Below, piece by piece: positions 1 through 7,086 of a stretch of DNA of 25,382 nucleotides; within the stretch, counting starts at the first letter, position 1; each line of letters opens with the position of its first letter. A program made the translations under genes and the position numbers. The stretch is from a virus. Lineage: Duplodnaviria > Caudoviricetes. The stretch spans positions 1 through 25,382 of IMG/VR virus record IMGVR_UViG_3300009788_000282. One strand, written 5' to 3'. The notes beneath the pieces are model-generated. The model was not told the DNA's origin. It did not search any database and saw only the letters and a list, made by a program, of their open reading frames with translations.

Positions 1-333
1 CCCCAGCAGGCGGGAAATCCGCATGGCGTATGCCTCTCCTGGCAGCAGTTCAATCATTGGAAAATACTTGGCAATTTCCGGATCCCAAATGCCGACGGTT
101 GCATAGTTCGTGTCATCCATGTTGGTTATCTGGCACAATGCTGGCTGCGTTAGCTCGCTGAAATCGATATCAACGCCGACAACTGTGGCCGTGATGGCCC
201 CAGGAACAGGGCCCTTGGTCCCCGTCACGGTAGCCGTGAACGAAGAAGCCCCCGACGCAGTGAAGTTTATCACGGTGATCGCACCAGATTGCTTGCGTAT
301 GTTCAAACTGGATCGTATTGTTGCTTCTGTCAT
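1..333 (-). CDS. Putative tail structural protein, partial (runs off the window edge)
   Basis: Hand translation from ATG at 333 gives MTEATIRSSLNIRKQSGAITVINFTASG...NMDDTNYATVGIWDPE...ELLPGEAYAMRISRLLG, open for 111 codons. It starts 2 nt after the upstream stop and lies two genes after the tape measure. Not in the ORF track. Confidence 0.7.
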   Translation of the reverse strand, partial: MTEATIRSSLNIRKQSGAITVINFTASGASSFTATVTGTKGPVPGAITATVVGVDIDFSELTQPALCQITNMDDTNYATVGIWDPEIAKYFPMIELLPGEAYAMRISRLLG

Positions 334-335
334 GG

Positions 336-1241
336 TTATAGCCCTATGACTGTAGGTATTCCGAGCAACAGAAAGTTTGACTCGGAGTAATATTCAATGT
401 CTCTAATTCCTTCGTCTCCGTCACCCGCAGCCCGGCCGCCGGCTGGCGTAATGAGTTTTTCTCCATCGATGTCACCCTTCAGGTCAGTGGCTATTTCCCA
501 GTCGTCTGGTTCCGTCAATGTCCCGTCTTTCCTTAGCAGTTTAGACCCCTTTTCCCGCCACTTTTCGTCGAAGCCAAGCTCTGTGTTTTTGATCTCAAAC
601 GTAAACGCCCTGGTATAATAGAACCCACAAGTGCCAAACACCTTTCTGGACCACGATATGTCGGACAGCTTGATCTTCCTGGCAGGCAATCCCCACAGGA
701 CATCATCGTTAACCGTATCAATCATCGACGTTATTAGACCTAGCTCAAGCGTCCCTACATTCTGGCCTATTGTCACCTGAGGCCGACTTGCATCGAACGA
801 CAACCCCTCAATTGGCTCAAAGCTAATCGACTGGATCACGTCACCATTTCTGTCTTCTAACGGAACCCCCTCTAGTGTGTTTTCTTTTATTGTTGATCCA
901 CGGATCGCTTGAGGCTCTAGCAGCGGGTCCTCAATTTCAGTGTCCTGGCATCGACGCAATGGCTTCGTGCTAAACAACTGCTCGACAGTCCACGTAGTAT
1001 TCGGTTGCTCCGTTTTGTCGGGACGCACTCTCATGTTCGGCCAGCAAAACGCCCACAAATCAACATCGTTGTCGACCAGCCAAAGTGAGCCAATCAGAGG
1101 CAGCCCCGGTGTGGTCGCAACTATCGCAGGGCCATCTCCAGACAATGCACGGACGCGATGGACAATAGTGTATTCCCTGTGCCCTTCTTCCGTACGGTTC
1201 ATTTCCCATGACGTATGTCCGTCTAGCAATATTGCAGCCAT
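336..1241 (-). CDS. Putative tail-tip/distal tail protein (301 aa)
   Basis: Immediately follows the tape measure gene with a TAATG overlap; beta-rich. Function inferred from position only. Confidence 0.55.
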   Translation of the reverse strand: MAAILLDGHTSWEMNRTEEGHREYTIVHRVRALSGDGPAIVATTPGLPLIGSLWLVDNDVDLWAFCWPNMRVRPDKTEQPNTTWTVEQLFSTKPLRRCQDTEIEDPLLEPQAIRGSTIKENTLEGVPLEDRNGDVIQSISFEPIEGLSFDASRPQVTIGQNVGTLELGLITSMIDTVNDDVLWGLPARKIKLSDISWSRKVFGTCGFYYTRAFTFEIKNTELGFDEKWREKGSKLLRKDGTLTEPDDWEIATDLKGDIDGEKLITPAGGRAAGDGDEGIRDIEYYSESNFLLLGIPTVIGL

Positions 1242-3739
1242 TATTCGTTAAACCCCGCTTCTACTACCACGAATGGGTCCTTCTCTTTTTTGAGCCGCTC
1301 GTTTTCTTCAACCATAAATTTGAATATCCTTTCCAGCCAAGTGGTCGGATCGTCTTCATCTTTAGGTGGCGGAATGTCATTGTTCGCGTTTACGTCAACA
1401 TCCATTTGCAGACGAGCCGCATCAAGTTGAGCTTCTGCAACATTCGCCAAGTCCTCGAACGAGCCAAAACGCACAAACTTTGCAGTTGTAAACTCAACAG
1501 GAATCCTGAGCGGCTTTACAGCGTCGAAACCCGCCTCAAACTCCTTAAGCGGTTTGTCGATCGCAATTGCATCGCCGAAATCAAAATCCCCAGCGAGCAA
1601 CTGCACATCAATCAAGGCGGCTTCATTTAGATCAAGGACAAATTGCTTCAACCCCGACAAAACAGCCTTGCCTATCTTCTCCATCGACCCCTCGACCTTG
1701 CCGCCGAGATTGAACTCGGGCAGAGAGAAGTCTCCAGTGAACCCTTCTAGCAACCCACGGAAGCCACCGCCCTCCCCCTCGATGTCCTCTAGTGTGCTTT
1801 TCCACGCATCCAGCATGGCTGAAAATGGATCATCCGCTTGGAGTGCAGCATCTATGCTCTCCCCAAGAGCGGCAATAAGATTTTGCCCAAACGCCACCGG
1901 ATCATCGCGGAATGGATTCAAGGCATCCTTGATTGCCCGTTTGACTTCATCAAGAAATGCCTCAAACACAGGAACCAGTACCGTCAGCATCTTTTTGATT
2001 GCGTTAGGAAGCGTTTGAGCGAAAAACAAGAGCCACTGCTTACCTAAGTTTACCTGGAATGCCAGCAGGGCAGAGGCAACCAGCCGAACCAAAACGAAGA
2101 AGTTGTTTGTCACGTTTTTTGCGATGGTTGACAGAAGCTCCGCTACATTCTCCGATATTGTCTTCCATACTCCGATTAGCCAGTCTCGGGTGATTCCTAT
2201 GTTCTCGCGAAAGTTCGCAATGAACCGAGCGGAATTCACGACGAAACTTTTACCCAGCAAGATAACGTCACTCAGAGTGTCCTTTAACTTCTCAAGCCCA
2301 ACTACATGGGAAACAACGGCGGCAATCCCGATGCCAATTGCTACAATTGCAGCAATAACGACACCAGCGGGCCCTATCAATGCTCCAAGTGCTGTTGTCG
2401 CTGCTCCGATAAATATAGACAGAGCCCCGAACGCTATTAGCACTGGGCCAATGACGGCGGCCATAAGCGCCGTGTTTACAATCATTTCCTTGACTACTGG
2501 ATCAAGTTCTTTCCATCGCTTTACTTGCTCCTTTATCCAATCAGTCAATGCAAGTATCTTCGGTGAGAGGATTTCCCCTATATCTATTGCGACAGAAAGA
2601 ATCTGGTTTTTGACTATCTTGAGTTGATTAGAGAACGCCTTCAATTGCTTCTGGGCAACCTCACTTGTTATTCCGCCCATCTCCTTCAGTCTTTTACTGT
2701 ACTCTCCGATAGAGTCGCTCGCCCCAAGCAATGGGAGAATCACACCCTGAACTCTGGCCTCGAAACCAAGCGAGGTAAGCGTTGCCGCTTTCATCTCCGT
2801 AGACATACCAGCAGTAGCCCGCTCAATGTCACCGATGATGTCCCTGAATGAATTGAACTCGCCTTGAGCATTGAATACGTTGACGTTAAACTTCTCGAAC
2901 ACCTTGCTATTGTCCGCCTGGGCCTTGGTTAGCAGGCGAACAATCCTATCTAGTGCATTTCCAGCAAGCTCTGCCTTGATTCCCTGATCGGCATAAGCTG
3001 CAAGTAGTGCTACGCCATCCTCAAGGTCAATATTGTACGCCTTAATTGCGGCCCCAGCCTTAGTCGTTAATGCCGTAGAGAACTGCTGAACAGATGCGTT
3101 CGCTAATGTGTTGGCCCCTACCAACATATCCGACAGGCGAACCATATTCCTGCTGTCCTGGGCAACATCTTTAGTCGACAACCCAAGAGCACTTTGTGCG
3201 TCAGTGAGAAGGTCGGTGGCTAGAGCCAGATCAAACGCGCCAGCCGTCGCGAAATCCAGGAGTGGCGGTAGAAGTGCCATCGATTGTTCCGCGTTTTTAC
3301 CCGCAGAGGCAAGGAAGAAATACGCCTCCGCAAGTTCAGCAGGACCTTTCACCCCCTGCGATCCTAGCTCTGTGGCTAGTTCTCGCATCTCCTTTGTTTG
3401 CTTTGCTGTAACCGACATGATCGATGTGGATTCAATCATAGCCTTGTCGAAGTCAGCAAAGGCCTTTACTGCCGCCCCAAAACCCGTTACTATCGGAGCT
3501 GTCAGGCTTAACGCCATGGCCCGGCCGACTCGCTGAACACCACGCCCGAATTTCACTAGAGACTCGCCCGCCAACTTCAGGCTCTTGCTTACGCTGGCCG
3601 CCATCTTGGCAAACGATCTGGCTATAGAAGCATCTGCCTTGGTCGCAGCCGTTTCAGCATCGCGCAACATCTTCTGATAGTCGGAGGCGTCCCCAACTAA
3701 CCGAACAAGCAGCCTTTCAACTTCAGTTTCGCCAGCCAT
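1241..3739 (-). CDS. Tape measure protein (TP901-like core), 832 aa
   Basis: N-terminal LLVRLVGDAS, SLTAPIV...AVKAFADFDKAM, ELAEAYFFLASAG, LADQGIK-like and LLGASD...AQKQL motifs; Ala-rich helical sequence with a hydrophobic segment; follows the chaperone genes. Confidence 0.95.
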   Translation of the reverse strand: MAGETEVERLLVRLVGDASDYQKMLRDAETAATKADASIARSFAKMAASVSKSLKLAGESLVKFGRGVQRVGRAMALSLTAPIVTGFGAAVKAFADFDKAMIESTSIMSVTAKQTKEMRELATELGSQGVKGPAELAEAYFFLASAGKNAEQSMALLPPLLDFATAGAFDLALATDLLTDAQSALGLSTKDVAQDSRNMVRLSDMLVGANTLANASVQQFSTALTTKAGAAIKAYNIDLEDGVALLAAYADQGIKAELAGNALDRIVRLLTKAQADNSKVFEKFNVNVFNAQGEFNSFRDIIGDIERATAGMSTEMKAATLTSLGFEARVQGVILPLLGASDSIGEYSKRLKEMGGITSEVAQKQLKAFSNQLKIVKNQILSVAIDIGEILSPKILALTDWIKEQVKRWKELDPVVKEMIVNTALMAAVIGPVLIAFGALSIFIGAATTALGALIGPAGVVIAAIVAIGIGIAAVVSHVVGLEKLKDTLSDVILLGKSFVVNSARFIANFRENIGITRDWLIGVWKTISENVAELLSTIAKNVTNNFFVLVRLVASALLAFQVNLGKQWLLFFAQTLPNAIKKMLTVLVPVFEAFLDEVKRAIKDALNPFRDDPVAFGQNLIAALGESIDAALQADDPFSAMLDAWKSTLEDIEGEGGGFRGLLEGFTGDFSLPEFNLGGKVEGSMEKIGKAVLSGLKQFVLDLNEAALIDVQLLAGDFDFGDAIAIDKPLKEFEAGFDAVKPLRIPVEFTTAKFVRFGSFEDLANVAEAQLDAARLQMDVDVNANNDIPPPKDEDDPTTWLERIFKFMVEENERLKKEKDPFVVVEAGFNE

Positions 3740-3742
3740 GGC

Positions 3743-4078
3743 CTAGTCCTTGTATCCTACAGCAGATTTCCAGCGTGCCTTTGATTGGGCAATCATCTCT
3801 TCTCGCGTCGGTGGTTTCTTTGGCTTCTGCTTTTTGAACGGAAGCAAAAAACGAGCTATCTTGGTTGAAGTGGATTTCTTACTAAACAGCCCTTCTATCT
3901 TCGCTGCAATTTGCATGAGATAGTAGTCTGTTCGCGATGGTTGGTTCCATTCTGCATCAAGATAGCGTATCCACATTAAATACTCACGGTGAGTATGCTT
4001 CTCCATGCACTCTCGCAAGGGCATGCCCAAGTGGGATGCTATGTCGAGCCATCCCCGGAATCTTCGGTCTCGTTTTTT
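3743..4078 (-). CDS. Tail assembly chaperone frameshift extension (gpT-like)
   Basis: The -1 frame is open from the slippery site (KRDRRFRGWLDIASHLGMPLRECM...EYLMWIRY) to the stop at 3743. It lies between the chaperone and tape measure genes. Confidence 0.8.
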   Translation of the reverse strand, partial: KKRDRRFRGWLDIASHLGMPLRECMEKHTHREYLMWIRYLDAEWNQPSRTDYYLMQIAAKIEGLFSKKSTSTKIARFLLPFKKQKPKKPPTREEMIAQSKARWKSAVGYKD

Positions 4079-4485
4079 GCCGATTCCTCAAGCTCCTCGA
4101 TTTGCTCGTCAAGTTTCTCTCGCTGAGCCTTTAGGTCGGCGATAGTATCTTCACTTATCGACAACTCGCTGATCTGCAAGAGCCGTTCGACTAGCGTCTT
4201 CTGGATCTTGTCCGGCCAAGCCTGGATCTCACTCAGAGGAATGCGGTTGTTCTCGCAATCGAACAAGCAGCGAGCCAACAAGGCAGGATCGCTATTGGCA
4301 ATCCCCTTTGCACCGACTGGCTTGCCGCTAGGTGACAGCTTGATAGCATCGGCCTTTGCATTTCGCCACGCCGTTGCGGCGTCTCCGCTAGCCTCTTTCA
4401 GGATGTACTTTTTATCGCCGATGGTGATCGGCACTTCGTTGAGTGTCGCACTCTCGAAAACAATCGGTTCAAGATAGTTGGTCAT
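4039..4485 (-). CDS. Tail assembly chaperone (gpG-like), 148 aa
   Basis: Follows the tail tube gene, has an acidic coiled-coil end (EELEESAKN), and carries an in-frame A AAA AAC. Confidence 0.85.
   Translation of the reverse strand: MTNYLEPIVFESATLNEVPITIGDKKYILKEASGDAATAWRNAKADAIKLSPSGKPVGAKGIANSDPALLARCLFDCENNRIPLSEIQAWPDKIQKTLVERLLQISELSISEDTIADLKAQREKLDEQIEELEESAKNETEDSGDGST
4072..4078 (-). other. Programmed -1 ribosomal frameshift heptamer A_AAA_AAC
   Basis: GCA AAA AAC is in the correct X XXY YYZ phase, and a -1 slip joins the downstream ORF. Confidence 0.85.
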
Positions 4486-4507
4486 TTGCTCGCTCCGCAG
4501 TGGTTAG

Positions 4508-4535
4508 CGGAAGCCCGCACGATTGCGAGCCTCCG
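4508..4535 (-). promoter_or_regulatory. Stem-loop after the tail tube gene (stabiliser or weak terminator)
   Basis: Minus strand CGGAGGCUCGCA-AUCG-UGCGGGCUUCCG forms a 12-bp stem with two G-U pairs that exist only on the minus strand. There is no U tract. Confidence 0.55.
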
Positions 4536-4547
4536 AAGGATTGTTGA

Positions 4548-5024
4548 TTACGTTCCGGCTACGTCCACGTAGACGGGGGCTTCTTCGGTCATTGTCGTGG
4601 GGTCGATGTTCGACGCCTCAAGGGTTATGGTAACTTCAGGCAGCGTGCCGTGAGACATGTCCGCAAACTCAGTCTTGCGAAGCCAGCCATAGAAGGACAA
4701 CGTCGATCCATCAGGCCATGTTACCGTCAGGGTCTGATTTACATTCTTCTGAGCAATTGCTTGCGAAATGAGATTCGGATCGTAGGCTGCTGTCAGCGTG
4801 AATGACTCAAGCTTCAGTAGCGTTGGAGGCAATTGAGTCATCCACGTTGTATTGTGCATCGTGGATTGGTCAATCGGATCGCCGCCCTCGATGGCGGGGG
4901 CCCCCATGGTCTTTTCCCAGAAGGAAATCGTGGTAAGGTTTTCCATCGCGAGTGTTGCGGAAAAACCCTCTTCCAACTGAATACCTGCCGGAGTGCCCCG
5001 GACTATTGCAGATGGTGCGGTCAT
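4548..5024 (-). CDS. Tail tube (major tail) protein, 158 aa
   Basis: IEGGDPIDQSTM, LTAAYDP and TVTWPDGSTLSFYGWL are typical siphovirus tube motifs. GGAG RBS; sits between terminator and chaperone. Confidence 0.88.
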   Translation of the reverse strand: MTAPSAIVRGTPAGIQLEEGFSATLAMENLTTISFWEKTMGAPAIEGGDPIDQSTMHNTTWMTQLPPTLLKLESFTLTAAYDPNLISQAIAQKNVNQTLTVTWPDGSTLSFYGWLRKTEFADMSHGTLPEVTITLEASNIDPTTMTEEAPVYVDVAGT

Positions 5025-5036
5025 GATTGTTCTCCT

Positions 5037-5489
5037 TTAAGCGAACTGACGTAAAGCGATAGTCGCATTGATAGTGAAATGGTTTCGATTGCTGACGGGC
5101 TCGTTTTTGCCCAACGGGTTTATGGTTCCGGTTCTGTCGACTCCATATATGGTGTAATTGGATGAGTCGATGGTGATGTTGGATACGTTTTCTGTTGATT
5201 CGTCTAGCAAGACAGCTATCTCATTTGCCTTGGCATATCCGACTGCCTCGCTTCCGCTTCGCACCAATATCTGCACGCCATAACGCTCTTGCATTTGGCC
5301 GTCGTTCTGCCTGCGGCCTTCGTTCTTTCCTGTCGTGTTGAAGATTACGATTGCGTTATCTGGCTTGTCTGACGACTGCCCTAGCCCTATCGGCCATGTG
5401 CTGGCAGCACTGGGTAGCGTTCCCGCCCCCAGGTCTATCAGCACTGATCGGAGCACCTTGTTAGGTGCATGGGTTAGGCTTCCGCTCAA
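5037..5489 (-). CDS. Tail terminator / tail completion protein, 150 aa
   Basis: PDNAIVIFNTTG, YGVQILVRS...GYAKA and PLG...RNHFTIN patterns. TTG start overlaps the upstream stop; precedes the tube gene. Confidence 0.8.
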   Translation of the reverse strand: MSGSLTHAPNKVLRSVLIDLGAGTLPSAASTWPIGLGQSSDKPDNAIVIFNTTGKNEGRRQNDGQMQERYGVQILVRSGSEAVGYAKANEIAVLLDESTENVSNITIDSSNYTIYGVDRTGTINPLGKNEPVSNRNHFTINATIALRQFA

Positions 5490-5923
5490 AACTCTTTCTC
5501 CACAAATGCACTGCCTTTTAGGTTGCCAAGATCAACTGGAACAAGCTTCTGCGACTCGCGTTGTATTCGCTGGGCTCCAACTGCCAAGGCGGTTAGTAAG
5601 TCGACTTTCCCTTTGTACGCTTCGCGAATCACTCTGGCCAACTCTCCGCTATTGTTCAGTTCTCTTGCCGGTTGCTCAAGGTACTTTGGCTGGCCTCGGC
5701 CGATGGGGTCCCACCACCTACCAGTTCTCTTAGAGCCGTCTTCTCGCGTGCCCGTCCTGGGTTCGCCAGCATGCTTCTCAATCATTTCATGAACCCACAC
5801 CGCGTACCTGGCGTTGTAGCCAACAACCACGCTGCCATTGTCTTCATGCAGTGACTTCCGCCTGCGAGCTTCAAGCTTGTCAATCAACGCCTTCACGTTT
5901 TTTATGCCAGCTACGTTTGCCAT
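5486..5923 (-). CDS. HK97 gp10-like neck/tail completion protein, 145 aa
   Basis: VGYNARYAVWVHE, GQPKYLEQP and ESQKLVPVDLGNLKGS motifs. Confidence 0.8.
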   Translation of the reverse strand: MANVAGIKNVKALIDKLEARRRKSLHEDNGSVVVGYNARYAVWVHEMIEKHAGEPRTGTREDGSKRTGRWWDPIGRGQPKYLEQPARELNNSGELARVIREAYKGKVDLLTALAVGAQRIQRESQKLVPVDLGNLKGSAFVEKEF

Positions 5924-6267
5924 TATTTGCAGTCCTGTATCTTGACTCGCATCTCGCCAGCCTCGACTGGAAATGTGTCCTGTGCTCCGGCTCCCGTTTC
6001 AACGATGAAGTAGGCATGGAACGTTCCGACAGTATCAACGTCAGCGTCCTGGAATGTGTATTTCACTTCTCCGTTTATCGCGTCGGTTACCGTAACGTTC
6101 GACGATGTCTCAGCGACTTTGTCCACGCCCGCAGCCGTACACATGCGGAACTTTACGGTAAGACCAGACACGTCGACTACCGTATTGTCTGGCCGCTTTA
6201 ACGTGGTCGCCAAAGCAATCCGCGTATCTCCTACCTGCCTGGTTTGGATTTGTGTGGTTGGCATCAT
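5923..6267 (-). CDS. BppU N-terminal-like beta-sandwich structural adaptor, 114 aa
   Basis: GDT...VDVSGLTVKFRM...DAINGEVKYTFQDADVDTVGTF...TFP pattern. Confidence 0.7.
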   Translation of the reverse strand: MMPTTQIQTRQVGDTRIALATTLKRPDNTVVDVSGLTVKFRMCTAAGVDKVAETSSNVTVTDAINGEVKYTFQDADVDTVGTFHAYFIVETGAGAQDTFPVEAGEMRVKIQDCK

Positions 6268-6455
6268 GCACCTGTAACGCTGTAGTTTTGGTCGTCTGTT
6301 CCGATAACTGAAAAGTTGTCCTCTTGTGCTCCGACGATGCCGAATCGCTCGGTGACGATGCTTGTCACATCAACGCCAATACCACGAAACGTCCCACAAG
6401 CGAACGTGTTCGCGAGAAACGTTCCTGACTCGAATGTGTCCTTCGATGATGCCAT
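6264..6455 (-). CDS. Small putative virion protein (63 aa)
   Basis: Coupled by TAATG to the HNH stop and by ATGA to the next gene. Its N-terminus has four TFxx(G/N) repeats. Confidence 0.6.
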   Translation of the reverse strand: MASSKDTFESGTFLANTFACGTFRGIGVDVTSIVTERFGIVGAQEDNFSVIGTDDQNYSVTGA

Positions 6456-7078
6456 TACCATTCCCTGATGGGTTCCGCCATTGCTTTACTGACAGACCAA
6501 CCGCGTCTGAGCCGACCAGCAAGCGTAGCATACTTCAGCCCAGCATGCTCGGCCGCTTCGGCAATGGTCATTCTTTTGCCTTTCCACACCAACCATAGGT
6601 TCGCTCGCGTATTACGACGTTGCTGCTTTATCGTTGCCCAACGACAATTCTCTGGCGAATAAGGCCCGTTGTTGTTAATTCGATCAAGCTGTAGCAGCGG
6701 CGGACGTTGGCCCATATCTGCCAGGAAGTTTTCAAAACAATGACGCCAACGCTCACAAACGACAATCCCGCGTCCTCCGTAGTGGCAGTAACTTGGATTG
6801 TTGGTGTTTGTACATCTCTGAATCATCTGCTTCCATATCTTGTGCTCAACTGTCCCACTTTTTCCGTGTGTCCGACGCAAAGCACTTATCGTCTCAACAT
6901 GAAGACACCCACAACTACGAGTTAGGCCCCTTTTGAGTTGTGCCGCACCTACTGTAGCAGTACCTCCGCAATCGCAACGGCAGACCCACCGGGCCTTGCC
7001 GTGCTTGTCGTTATCACCCCTATTCAGGACCGACAATCGCCCAAATCGTTCACCCTTAATGTTCGCTGGTCGTGTCAT
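6455..7078 (-). CDS. Free-standing HNH-type homing endonuclease, 207 aa
   Basis: GERFGRLSV, WVCRCDCG, SCGC, YGGRGIVVCERW, FLADMG and LDRINNNGPYSPENCRWAT motifs, plus a C-terminal HTH-like segment. Much more basic than its neighbours. Confidence 0.9.
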   Translation of the reverse strand: MTRPANIKGERFGRLSVLNRGDNDKHGKARWVCRCDCGGTATVGAAQLKRGLTRSCGCLHVETISALRRTHGKSGTVEHKIWKQMIQRCTNTNNPSYCHYGGRGIVVCERWRHCFENFLADMGQRPPLLQLDRINNNGPYSPENCRWATIKQQRRNTRANLWLVWKGKRMTIAEAAEHAGLKYATLAGRLRRGWSVSKAMAEPIREW

Positions 7079-7086
7079 TTGCCTAC

